Part shown: piece after piece, positions 55,601 through 64,000 of the stretch
Layout: the number at the start of each line of letters is the position of its first letter
Position numbering within the stretch: position 1 is the stretch's first letter
Assembly: GCA_963696395.1 (NCBI GenBank)
Contig: CAVOJZ010000002.1
Coordinates: 134,433 to 198,432, forward strand
DNA: 64,000 nucleotides
Origin: an uncultured bacterium
GTDB taxonomy: Bacteria > Patescibacteriota > Minisyncoccia > UBA6257 > 2-01-FULL-56-20
Direction: 5' to 3'
Position numbers and translations under genes: made by a program
Notes under the pieces: generated by a model
Database searches by the model: none
Seen by the model: only the letters and a program-made list of their open reading frames with translations
Told to the model about the DNA's origin: nothing

Positions 55601-55601
55601 G

Positions 55602-57155
55602 TTATTCGTTTGTGCCGTGGCCGGAAGTGCGACCGTTTAGAAAGTTGCCGAGTGCGGCTTTCAATGCATTTTCGACCTCTTCTTTAAATTCCCCTGTTTC
55701 GCGGATGGGTTTCAAAATATCGTTCTCATGAAGCTTGCTCAGATATTCCACAAGCTCACCTTCGGTTTTTTTGATATCAACCACTTCGATATTTTCGAAA
55801 TAGCCATTCAGGACGGCGTAGAAAATACAAACCTGGATCTCCACCGGCACCGGCGCCTGGTCGTCCTGCTTCAAAATCTCGTTGATCTTTTGGCCCTGCG
55901 CAATATTCTTCTTCGTCTTTTCGTCCACGTCAGTCGCAAACTGCACGAATGCCTGGAGTTCACGGAATTGCGCGTGTGCAAGCTTGAGTTTGCCGGCTAC
56001 TTTCTTCATGGCTTTGGTCTGCGCAGCCGAACCTACGCGCGACACGGAAATACCAACGTTCAGCGCCGGGCGCAAACCCTGGTTAAACAGGTCGGTCTCC
56101 AGGAAAATTTGTCCGTCCGTAATTGAGATGATGTTCGTCGGAATATACGCCGTGACGTCACCGAGCTGAGTCTCAACGATCGGCAACGCCGTGAGCGATC
56201 CTCCGCCTTTTTCTTTTGAAAGTTTTGCGGCCCGCTCAAGAAGGCGTGAGTGGAGATAAAAGACATCGCCCGGATATGCTTCGCGGCCCGGCGGGCGCTT
56301 GAGGAGCAATGAGATCTGGCGATATGCCCATGCGTGCTTGGACAAATCGTCGTAGACGATTAGCGCGTCCTGGCCCTTGTCGCGGAAATATTCCCCAATC
56401 GCGGCGCCGGCATAGGGTGCAAGATACCATTGCGCCGCAGGCGACGACGCCGATGCGGCGACGATCACCGTATATTTTAAAGCGTCATATTTCTTGAGAG
56501 TCTCGGCAATCTTCACGATCTTGGATTCCTTCTGGCCGATTGCAACGTAAATACACACCATCGGGCGACGCCCCTTGTCATTCTTTTGGTTTAAAATGGC
56601 GTCGAGCGCAATGGCGGTCTTGCCCGTGCCGCGGTCACCAATAATGAGTTCGCGCTGTCCGCGGCCGATAGGAATCATGGCATCAATCGCTTTGATGCCG
56701 GTGTGAACCGGCGTGTTGACCCCCTCGCGCTCCAAAACGTTGGGCGCTCCGGCCTCGAGATTATTTCTTTGTGTCTTCGCTCCTTTTTTGAAAAGATCCC
56801 CCAAACCGTCAACCGGTTGGCCGAGCGGATCGATCACGCGGCCGATGAGTTCGTCGCCGACTTCGATTGATAACACTTCCCCGGTCCGTTTAACGGTGTT
56901 GCCGACTTCGATTGATAAAAAGTCTCCAAGCACGAGTGCGCCGATTGATTCCTCTTCGAGGTTCAAAGCGAGCGCGGCCCGTTCCCCTTTCGGGCTTTCT
57001 ATTATTAAAATTTCCTGGCTCACGGCATTGCGCAGGCCGAGGATCTTCACAATCCCGTCGCCCACCTCAATCACGCGGCCGGTTTCTGCCCATTCCGGCT
57101 TCTCTTTATATCCTTCAATTTCCCGTTTTAATTTTTCGATGATGTCGTATGCCAC
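55602..57155 (-). CDS. atpA: F1 ATP synthase alpha subunit
   Basis: P-loop GDRGTGKT. 517 aa. Confidence 0.97.
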   Translation of the reverse strand: MAYDIIEKLKREIEGYKEKPEWAETGRVIEVGDGIVKILGLRNAVSQEILIIESPKGERAALALNLEEESIGALVLGDFLSIEVGNTVKRTGEVLSIEVGDELIGRVIDPLGQPVDGLGDLFKKGAKTQRNNLEAGAPNVLEREGVNTPVHTGIKAIDAMIPIGRGQRELIIGDRGTGKTAIALDAILNQKNDKGRRPMVCIYVAIGQKESKIVKIAETLKKYDALKYTVIVAASASSPAAQWYLAPYAGAAIGEYFRDKGQDALIVYDDLSKHAWAYRQISLLLKRPPGREAYPGDVFYLHSRLLERAAKLSKEKGGGSLTALPIVETQLGDVTAYIPTNIISITDGQIFLETDLFNQGLRPALNVGISVSRVGSAAQTKAMKKVAGKLKLAHAQFRELQAFVQFATDVDEKTKKNIAQGQKINEILKQDDQAPVPVEIQVCIFYAVLNGYFENIEVVDIKKTEGELVEYLSKLHENDILKPIRETGEFKEEVENALKAALGNFLNGRTSGHGTNE

Positions 57156-57170
57156 GTAATTAATAGTTCG

Positions 57171-57566
57171 TTAAATATTTCTAAAAACTTTATCCAGCTT
57201 GCCTCGCAACGATCCGTCGAATTGCATCTCGTCGTTAACGATGATGCGAATGCCGGCAATGAGGGCCGGATCGATCGTGCGTTCCACGACATCGCCCGCC
57301 GTCAAAAACGTCTTAACCTCTTTCTCCTGTGCAGCGTTCAATGCCCGCGCTGATTCCACCGATACTTTCCGGATTCCGGCTTTACCTCTCGCGAAGCGTG
57401 CCGCTTCTTCAAGAATTTTGCGGAGGTGGGATTCGTCGCCATTCCGGCGCACCAACTCCAAAAAATTTTTGACGATGGCTGCCGCTTCTTTTTCCGTTGT
57501 CTTCTTTGACGTATCGCCGATCACTTCGGAAAGCGCCTTTGCATAAATATGTGCCGGGTACTTCAT
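57171..57566 (-). CDS. atpH: F1 ATP synthase delta subunit (OSCP), short form
   Basis: Position between atpF and atpA. YAKALSEV N-terminus. Confidence 0.7.
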   Translation of the reverse strand: MKYPAHIYAKALSEVIGDTSKKTTEKEAAAIVKNFLELVRRNGDESHLRKILEEAARFARGKAGIRKVSVESARALNAAQEKEVKTFLTAGDVVERTIDPALIAGIRIIVNDEMQFDGSLRGKLDKVFRNI

Positions 57567-57575
57567 GGATGTCGG

Positions 57576-58091
57576 TTATGCGCGCTTCGGCGCCCCCTCG
57601 GCGATTTCTTTCACCGCCCGCGCGATTAAGGCATCGTCGATTTTTTCGGGTGATAATTCGACCGTCTTCGCAATCGCCATACGAACCATCGCTGCAGCCT
57701 CTTTTTCCATGCCGCGGCGCGATTCCTCTTCTTTTGCGCGGAGCATCGATTCGGTCGCCGCAAGTTCCTCGGCTTCCTTCCGCCGGGCCTCAGCAAGCAT
57801 TTTCGCTTCGAGCTCTTTTGCGTCAATCTCGGTCTTCTTTAATATCCCGAGGGCCTGCGTCTCCCCTTCGTGAATTTTCTGCTTCTTCATGGCATCCGCT
57901 TCATGCAGACGCCGATCCGCTTCGTCCGCTTTCACAAGCCCTTCCTCGATACGGGCACGCCGGTCGTGCAGGATCTTAAGAACCGGCTTATAGGCGAAAA
58001 TGCGGAGCACGATAAGCAGCAACGCAAAATTCACCACCTGCGAAAGAAGCAGGCGCCAATCAAGTCCTAATTGGGAAAAAAGTTGCTGCAT
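57576..58091 (-). CDS. atpF: Fo ATP synthase subunit b
   Basis: N-terminal TM helix, then long charged coiled coil. Operon position. Confidence 0.75.
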   Translation of the reverse strand: MQQLFSQLGLDWRLLLSQVVNFALLLIVLRIFAYKPVLKILHDRRARIEEGLVKADEADRRLHEADAMKKQKIHEGETQALGILKKTEIDAKELEAKMLAEARRKEAEELAATESMLRAKEEESRRGMEKEAAAMVRMAIAKTVELSPEKIDDALIARAVKEIAEGAPKRA

Positions 58092-58111
58092 AGCGGGTAG
58101 CGGTTAAGAAA

Positions 58112-58342
58112 TTACGCGACGAATTTGATGATCAAAGCCATAACGAGCGCGTAAATCGCGATAGCTTCTGCAAATGCGATAGCGAGAATCGCCATCGTCT
58201 GCACTTTTGAAGCGGCTTCGGGATTTCGGCCGATCGCCTCGACTGCCTTCGAACCGATGAGTCCGATCGCGAGAGCCGGAAGGATAGTTCCCATGCCGAT
58301 AGCAGCTGCGGTTGCGATCAAACGAATACTGGTGCTGTCCAT
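58112..58342 (-). CDS. atpE: Fo ATP synthase subunit c
   Basis: Two TM helices with GRNPEA loop and conserved carboxylate (AFAEAIAIY). Confidence 0.85.
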   Translation of the reverse strand: MDSTSIRLIATAAAIGMGTILPALAIGLIGSKAVEAIGRNPEAASKVQTMAILAIAFAEAIAIYALVMALIIKFVA

Positions 58343-58397
58343 GTGTAGATAATTATTTTTTAATGGTTACGACCTTTTGTTGTTTGGTGGAAAAATT

Positions 58398-59156
58398 TCA
58401 TGCGTGGGCTGCGGTTGCTTCGTGCTCCGTATCATGGGGAACGATCGCCATGGCCACGAAGACCAGGGTGAGCATCCCGAAAATGAATGCCTGGATGAAT
58501 CCGACAAACACCTCGAGGAACATGAACGGCAACGGAATAAGATATGGTACTAAAAAGGCCATAATGGCCAAAAGCACTTCACCTGCAAAAACATTGCCGA
58601 AAAGACGGAACGAGAACGAGATTATTTTAGCAAATTCCGACACAAGTTCAAGGATGCCGATAAAAAAATCGATCGGTCCCTTGAAATTGAAAAATACTGA
58701 GAGCCGCCCCTTTATCCCAACTACCGCGGCGCCAATCACGTTCACCAGTGTTACAACAATTAGCGCGAGCGCCAGCGTGAAATTCAGATCGCTTGCGGGA
58801 GACCGCAGAAGTGGCACAGCTGCGTCGCCGTGCCCGACTAGAATCGAACCGACGCCCGGCACAAGGCCAGCCCAGTTTGAAAAGAGTACAAAAAGAAAAA
58901 TGGTGAGTACGAGCGGTAAATATCTTTCCGACGTGCGGCGATCGCCGAGCACGGAATCCATGAGGTCAAGTGCGCCTTCGAGAATAATCTCGAAAATATT
59001 CTGCATCGTGCCGGGAATCATCGAAAGCCGGCGGCGCAGGAAATATGAAACCACAGCCAGCACCACGAGAACGATAGTCGCAAGGAATACCGCGTTTGTC
59101 ACCGGCCAATTGCCAATATGGAAGATATCCTCCGCGCGGAGAGAAATTTGCAACAT
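58398..59156 (-). CDS. atpB: Fo ATP synthase subunit a
   Basis: Conserved Arg motif FRLFGNVFAGE. 5-6 TM helices. Confidence 0.85.
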   Translation of the reverse strand: MLQISLRAEDIFHIGNWPVTNAVFLATIVLVVLAVVSYFLRRRLSMIPGTMQNIFEIILEGALDLMDSVLGDRRTSERYLPLVLTIFLFVLFSNWAGLVPGVGSILVGHGDAAVPLLRSPASDLNFTLALALIVVTLVNVIGAAVVGIKGRLSVFFNFKGPIDFFIGILELVSEFAKIISFSFRLFGNVFAGEVLLAIMAFLVPYLIPLPFMFLEVFVGFIQAFIFGMLTLVFVAMAIVPHDTEHEATAAHA

Positions 59157-59208
59157 ATGGGGAAATTATAGCAAAAAAGCCCTGTTTTTGCTAGTTAAAC
59201 AAAAAGGG

Positions 59209-60108
59209 CTATTGTCCCAAGCAGGTATTGAAAGCCTGCACTTCGGCGTCATATTGAGTCGTTTCGGTTTTCACCTGAGCGGCCAGCGTATTGTATTGCT
59301 GAACAAGCGCATTATAGGTTGCAACGTCGTTATTATAATCCGGGCCGTATTTCGGATTCGCACTGCTGATTGCAGCGTCGTCGTTCGAAAGCTGGACGGC
59401 CATCTGGTTGAGCTGGCCTTCGCCGGCATCCACCGCCGCTTTCACGGTTGCGTCCGGCGCCGGACAATCGGACGCAGGACGCCCGAACACCTGCACGGCA
59501 ATCCAGGTTGATTTATTTTGATATGTCCCCTTTCCCACGGCAACGCCGATCTGGGTGTAGTGGGGATCAAGAATATTTGCCCGATGGCCGGGACTCGCCA
59601 TCCATGCTGTGACGACGCCCTCGTCGCCGGCAAAATTTCCGAGCGCAAGATTCTCCCCAAGCGCAAGATAGCTATAGCCGACAGTACTCGCGACGGTAAT
59701 CGCACTTTCGCCCGTTGGCGACACATGCGCAAAATACTGGTTTGTAAACATGTCTTCCATACGAAGTGTCGCGACATCGTCGAGCAGCTGGCTTTCCGCA
59801 AGCGGCGACAACGTGCTCGACGCCCGTTCCGCGTTTGTATCCGTTATCACGCCTTCAATCGTAAGCCCCGCAAGCGGAGGCGCGCCGCGCTTCACCGATG
59901 TGCTCGTTGAAATAATCGGCGGAGGCGCTAAAAATGTTTTTGCGGCTTCCGTTTCCGCAAACTGCTCCACGAAATTGCCGATGAGCGTCACCTCGCTCAG
60001 TGAAAAATAATTCGAAAAATACCAATACGTTGCGCCGACAACGCATACAACGATGGTGACGACTACAAGACGGTGTTTGGCGCGCTTTTGGAAATGATCC
60101 GCGTTCAT
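59209..60108 (-). CDS. Membrane-anchored CAP/SCP (PR-1-like) domain protein
   Basis: TM anchor. CAP motifs GENLA and HYTQIGVAVG. Lies directly upstream of the atp operon. Confidence 0.65.
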   Translation of the reverse strand: MNADHFQKRAKHRLVVVTIVVCVVGATYWYFSNYFSLSEVTLIGNFVEQFAETEAAKTFLAPPPIISTSTSVKRGAPPLAGLTIEGVITDTNAERASSTLSPLAESQLLDDVATLRMEDMFTNQYFAHVSPTGESAITVASTVGYSYLALGENLALGNFAGDEGVVTAWMASPGHRANILDPHYTQIGVAVGKGTYQNKSTWIAVQVFGRPASDCPAPDATVKAAVDAGEGQLNQMAVQLSNDDAAISSANPKYGPDYNNDVATYNALVQQYNTLAAQVKTETTQYDAEVQAFNTCLGQ

Positions 60109-60132
60109 AAATCGTTATGGCAACCGGCAACG

Positions 60133-61041
60133 CTAATTCCGCAGATACCGCCGGACCGCGATGAAGCTCGAAAGTGCGCCTATTATGACGCCGAACAGAA
60201 GTTCGTAGAGCAACAGCTGCGGAAGGTGCATATAGAAATATTGAAACAGGTTGAGGCCGGGAATAAAGGTGTTCAAATACGGATTCACAAAATAGATCGC
60301 CGGAGCGGCAATGATAAGGCTTATGACCGAAGCAATCCCCCCGCAAATCATACCCTCAACCACATACGGTCCGCGCACCATACTGTTCGAAGCACCAACA
60401 ACGCGCATGACGCCAATTTCATCCCGATTTGAATAGATCGCAATACGAATCGTATTGAAAATGACGAGTCCGGCAATGAGTGTTAAGAATAACGTCACGA
60501 CGAATCCGCCGGTTTCCACATTTCTCACTATAGTCGCAAGGCGATCGATTATATCCTGATTTTGAGTATAGCTTATCGTATCGATGTATGAAGATAAATT
60601 TGGCGAGCTTAGATAATCTGCTATCGCCGCATACTGGCTCGGATCTTTTGCCTTAATATCGAGCGAAGCCTCGAGCGGATTGGTATCGAGCTGGCTGATT
60701 GCCTGCGTGACGGTCGGATCATTCGCATGGTTCGCTTCGAACGAAGCAAGCGCCTGGTCGCGCGAAGTATAATCGACGCTCGCAACCTCGGACAGGCTTT
60801 GAAGCGATTGCTGAATATTTAAAATCTGATCCTCGGAAGTATTCGTGTTGAAGTAGACGCTGATATCGATCTTATCCTGAATTGATGAAGCGGCGGCGCG
60901 CGTCACCACACCAAACATAATGAGCCCGATAAAGACCGAGAGTGCCACCGTCATAATCGCAACGGTTGCCGTTGAAAGCCATCCGTTCCGCCAGAAATTT
61001 TTAAACCCATAATGGAAAATCCTTGAAATGATGGTGAACAT
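60133..61041 (-). CDS. ftsX: Cell division ABC transporter permease FtsX
   Basis: 4 TM helices with large periplasmic loop. N-terminus FHYGFKNFWRNGWLS. Confidence 0.85.
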   Translation of the reverse strand: MFTIISRIFHYGFKNFWRNGWLSTATVAIMTVALSVFIGLIMFGVVTRAAASSIQDKIDISVYFNTNTSEDQILNIQQSLQSLSEVASVDYTSRDQALASFEANHANDPTVTQAISQLDTNPLEASLDIKAKDPSQYAAIADYLSSPNLSSYIDTISYTQNQDIIDRLATIVRNVETGGFVVTLFLTLIAGLVIFNTIRIAIYSNRDEIGVMRVVGASNSMVRGPYVVEGMICGGIASVISLIIAAPAIYFVNPYLNTFIPGLNLFQYFYMHLPQLLLYELLFGVIIGALSSFIAVRRYLRN

Positions 61042-61053
61042 GGTATTGAAAAT

Positions 61054-61737
61054 TTAAACCAGAATATACTTTCCTTTCTTTTCGTCGCGGATCAGGCGGC
61101 CTTTGTCGAGGGTGATCACGCGGCGCTCAAGAGAGTTGATGACTTCGCGGTCATGAGTCGCAAGAACAACCGTCGTCCCAAGCTGATTGATCTTTTCGAG
61201 GAGTTTCACGATTTCAAAGGTGTGGAACGGATCGAGGTTCCCCGTCGGCTCGTCTGCGATCACGACTTCCGGCCTGTGAATCATCGCCCGGGCGATCGCA
61301 ACCCGCTGCTGTTCGCCGCCGGACAATTCCCGGGGAAAATTCTTCATCTTATCGCCGAGCCCGACCATGTCGAGCACCTGCGGAACCAGTTCCATAATTT
61401 CGCGCTGCGGACGGCCGGCCACTTCGAGAGCAAAAGCAACGTTTTCATAGGCATTTTTATTCGGCAGTAACCGGAAATCCTGGAATACAACACCGATGTG
61501 GCGCCTAAATGCCGGCAAATCGTTGTCGCGCAGCTTATTTACCTCATATTGGCCGAAGAATATCCGTCCTTTGCTGGGTTTTTCCTCTCCGATGAGTAAT
61601 TTAATGATGGTGGATTTGCCCGCGCCCGAGCGGCCGGCAAGCGAAACAAAATCCCCAGGATCGATCTGGAAATCGATTTCCTCAAGGGCACTACCATGGC
61701 CCGCATATTTTTTGGATACGCCCTGAAAGACGATCAT
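61054..61737 (-). CDS. ftsE: Cell division ATP-binding protein FtsE
   Basis: Walker A GRSGAGKST, signature LSGGEQQRVAIARA, Walker B VVIADEPTGNLD. Confidence 0.95.
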   Translation of the reverse strand: MIVFQGVSKKYAGHGSALEEIDFQIDPGDFVSLAGRSGAGKSTIIKLLIGEEKPSKGRIFFGQYEVNKLRDNDLPAFRRHIGVVFQDFRLLPNKNAYENVAFALEVAGRPQREIMELVPQVLDMVGLGDKMKNFPRELSGGEQQRVAIARAMIHRPEVVIADEPTGNLDPFHTFEIVKLLEKINQLGTTVVLATHDREVINSLERRVITLDKGRLIRDEKKGKYILV

Positions 61738-61763
61738 ACGTGTTTTTTATTGTACCATTTTTC

Positions 61764-62808
61764 TTATTTCTCCAACATCGCTTCGATAAATAAATCGATT
61801 CCTCCGGCGAGCACCTCTTCTACGCGCGGCGTTTCAACTTCCGTGCGATGGTCCTTTACGAGTTGATAAGGATTTAAAACATAGGACCGAATCTGATTTC
61901 CCCATTCGGGTTTTACTTTCGTACGAAGCGCGCCGACCTCTTCAACTTTTTCTTTCTCCATTAATTGGAACAATTTTGCCTTGAGGAGCTTCATGGCGTG
62001 TTCCCGATTCTGTTGCTGGCTCCGCTCGGCACGCGAACTGACGGCGATGCCTGTCGGTATGTGCACGATACGCACCGCAGTCTCAACTTTATTGACGTTT
62101 TGTCCGCCCGGACCTCCCGCGCGCGAAAGTTCAAGCTTGAGATCGGCGTCGGGAATCTGCAGCTTTGATTCCTCGAGCGGCGGCAAATCGGGAATCACTT
62201 CGACAAGCGCAAACGATGTATGCCGCAATTTCTTTGGGGAAAACGGCGATATGCGCACCAGACGATGGACGCCCGATTCGTTCTTTAGATAGCCATAAGC
62301 ATGGTCCCCTTTTATTTCAATGGTACGTGAGCGGATATTGTCATCAACCACGCGAATCTTCCATCCGCGGGATTTCGCAAAGCCTTCGTACATCAGTCCG
62401 AGCATCCGTGCCCAATCCTCCGCGTCCTCACCGCCGGCACCCGGATAGACGGCGAGCACGGCGGCCTGGCCGTCGTAGCGCCCTATGAATAAAGTTTCGA
62501 GCTCGAGTTCGCGAAATTTTCGTTTCACCTCGTGAAATTTATTTTCGTCGAGGCCGGATCCGTGCGCCGCTGATTCAAGTTCTTTAATCCCCTTTTCGAT
62601 CTCGTTATATTTCGCAAGTTTGTCGTTCAGGACGCCGAGCTCTTTTATTTTTGCGTCGGCAGCCTCCCGATTTTTCCAAAAATCCGGCGACGACATTTCT
62701 GCCGTCAATTCTGCAACGCGATGTTCCTGAGCCGCAACGTCAAAGACGCCCGCCGAGCCGGCGGGCTTCGTCTGCAAGTTCCTGTAGGGATATTTCGCTA
62801 TCTTTCAT
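61764..62808 (-). CDS. prfB: Peptide chain release factor 2, with programmed +1 ribosomal frameshift
   Basis: Hand translation from ATG at 62808: [22 protein letters not shown], then in-frame TGA in CTT TGA C context at about 62740. The +1 frame continues [12 protein letters not shown]... and contains GGQ ([19 protein letters not shown]). Confidence 0.9.
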
Positions 62809-62986
62809 TTTTATATTTTGGCCCCGAATCGGTCATTTTCGGGTCGAGCGGCTGAATGCCGGGCTTAATTCCGCGTTTTTTGTTTGTCGCCTTAATCCTT
62901 TCGATCGTTTCCGCGAGGAGTTCCTCCTCGCTCTTATATGGCTTCACGGGCTGCTCTTCAAAGTTAAATTCTCGTTTCTCCTTCAT
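62798..62986 (-). CDS. Hypothetical small basic/acidic protein (62 aa)
   Basis: ORF only. Overlaps prfB start by 11 nt. Confidence 0.3.
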   Translation of the reverse strand: MKEKREFNFEEQPVKPYKSEEELLAETIERIKATNKKRGIKPGIQPLDPKMTDSGPKYKNER

Positions 62987-63033
62987 GATTCAATAATACC
63001 AAAAATTACACCTACCCGCTTAATCACTTTCTG

Positions 63034-63106
63034 AGCCACCTCCCGGATTCGAACCGGGGACCTTTGCTTTACGAAAGCACTGCTCTACCAGCTGAGCTAA
63101 GGTGGC
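63034..63106 (-). tRNA. tRNA-Thr (anticodon CGU)
   Basis: GCCACCT acceptor. Near-identical to the tRNA-Thr-UGU backbone, with anticodon loop TTCGTAA. Confidence 0.85.
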
Positions 63107-63110
63107 CTTG

Positions 63111-63165
63111 TGGACCTAGCGAGAATCGGACTCGCGTCTAGCGCATGCCATGCGCTCATTCTGCC
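63111..63165. repeat. Third copy of hairpin-repeat family 2, 4 nt from the tRNA-Thr(CGU) 5' end
   Basis: GTGGACCTAGCGAGAATCGGACTCGCGTCT, then a second hairpin AGCGCA-TGCCA-TGCGCT with different sequence from 30145 but the same two-hairpin architecture. Confidence 0.5.
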
Positions 63166-63398
63166 ATTGAACTATAGGCCCTTCCCGAACAAATCCCTTA
63201 ATATTTCCAACTCATTATATAGGTCTGCCGAAAAATAATCTACCTTAAGCACGCCTTTATAGTCAATCTTTACGGTTGGCTTTCCGATGGTACGTGGATC
63301 AATTCTTGCACCGTAAAATTGTTGGCGTGGAATCTTCGTGGTCTCTGACCAATAAGAAACGGGTCGGAGTTACCGAAACACAAAGAACCCCGATGGTG

Positions 63399-63752
63399 TT
63401 AGGCTCCTTCGCACCAATAGATCATCGCCAACGCAATTTTTGCAATGTTTTTATCCTTCAGGAAATATGGGAGATTCGAAACCCTTTGGCGAATACCCTC
63501 CCGATATTTATCTCTGGCCAACTGTTGCACCTCGATCGATCTCGCCCGTGCAATTTTCAATTTCTCGTCCAACCGAAACGCCAGCTTTTCTTTTTCTTGC
63601 GCAGACATTGAAATATCCGAAAGCCATTCCGACAACGTACTTTGTGGCACCGCGACGCCCAGAATGGCCCGAATATCCGCGTAGCTATTCCCATCGCGAC
63701 GGAGCGCGATCGCCCGTTTTTTATATCCGCTGAATTTTCGCCTGAGCCTCAT
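63399..63752 (-). CDS. HTH (resolvase-type) plus LAGLIDADG-like motif protein; possibly truncated or degenerate homing-endonuclease-like gene
   Basis: N-terminal YKKRAIALRRDGNSYADIRAILGVAVPQSTLSEWL (HTH). C-terminal IAKIALAMIYWCEGA resembles a LAGLIDADG helix. Coding-like sequence continues past the TAA in the same frame. Confidence 0.35.
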   Translation of the reverse strand: MRLRRKFSGYKKRAIALRRDGNSYADIRAILGVAVPQSTLSEWLSDISMSAQEKEKLAFRLDEKLKIARARSIEVQQLARDKYREGIRQRVSNLPYFLKDKNIAKIALAMIYWCEGA

Positions 63753-63866
63753 GCGCGAATTTTATCGCTGAAAAGACCATGAACGCAAAAATAATTTTAG
63801 AAAAATTTAATCATTTCAAACATGTTGCTCCTTTGTTTTTAATCCTCTATAGTAGACCCATAGTTT

Positions 63867-63938
63867 GCCCTCGTAGCTCAACGGATAGAGCTATTCCGTC
63901 CTAAGGAAGAGATGGGGGTTCAATTCCCTCCGGGGGCA
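63867..63938 (+). tRNA. tRNA-Arg (anticodon CCU)
   Basis: GCCCTCG acceptor (one G-U pair), D-arm GCTC/GAGC, anticodon loop GTCCTAA, T-arm GGGGG-TTCAATT-CCCTC. 72 nt. Confidence 0.85.
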
Positions 63939-64000
63939 CTAACAGATTTCCTTTCTCCTTTTCAGGGACGTGTCTCGGCCTGCTGGCCGAGCACTCTCTC

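Noticed and set aside
58312-59511. 399-aa plus-strand ORF
   Set aside because: Antisense to atpB (conserved FRLFGNVFAGE on the minus strand) and to the CAP-domain gene. Low-complexity Ser/Arg/Thr-rich translation typical of shadow ORFs.
61764-62808. prfB as a pseudogene because of the in-frame TGA
   Set aside because: The TGA sits in the canonical CTT TGA C programmed +1 frameshift context, and the +1 frame is full-length RF2 with GGQ.

Overview
This 64 kb window is densely coded on both strands (mostly the minus strand) and reads like a small-genome bacterium. The gene content and compaction suggest a Patescibacteria/CPR-like organism, but that is inference only. Standard genetic code with UGA as a stop is supported by a classic RF2 programmed +1 frameshift site in prfB.

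Housekeeping content:
- a reduced dcw cluster (mraZ-rsmH-ftsL-ftsI-murF);
- rplJ-rplL, rpmG, rpsP, rpmF and efp;
- dnaE, lysS, radC, mnmA, rnc, nusB, rnhB, an SMC-like gene, tsaC and nth;
- co-localised uvrC, uvrA and uvrB;
- a complete F1Fo ATP synthase operon (atpBEFHAGDC);
- ftsEX and prfB;
- 9 tRNAs: Glu-CUC, Val-CAC, Trp-CCA, Thr-GGU, Thr-UGU, Lys-UUU, Thr-CGU, Arg-CCU, all on the minus strand except Arg-CCU.

Accessory and unusual content:
1. A defence-island-like block sits at the 5' end next to tRNA-Glu. A HigB-like toxin, a HigA-HTH fused to an ImmA/IrrE M78 peptidase, and a Beta-protein (sce7725-like) form a translationally coupled minus-strand operon. A PD-(D/E)xK (sce7726-like) gene runs convergent to it. 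A perfect palindromic operator candidate lies upstream, and inverted partial tRNA-Glu copies lie nearby.
2. Two copies of a roughly 125-nt structured element sit immediately 5' of minus-strand tRNA genes. They share an identical 25-nt hairpin core and have fully covarying flanking helices.
3. A second hairpin-repeat family has 3 copies.
4. An IS481-like insertion sequence with 19-bp terminal inverted repeats lies immediately after dnaE, next to a gene for a protein made only of a sigma-70 region-4 domain.
5. tRNA-Lys is flanked by a 13-bp inverted repeat and preceded by a 34-nt duplicate of its 5' half.
6. The conserved secE-nusG-rplK-rplA block between tRNA-Trp and rplJ is missing and replaced by accessory genes.

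All functional calls are from motif-level reading of the translations. No database searches were run.
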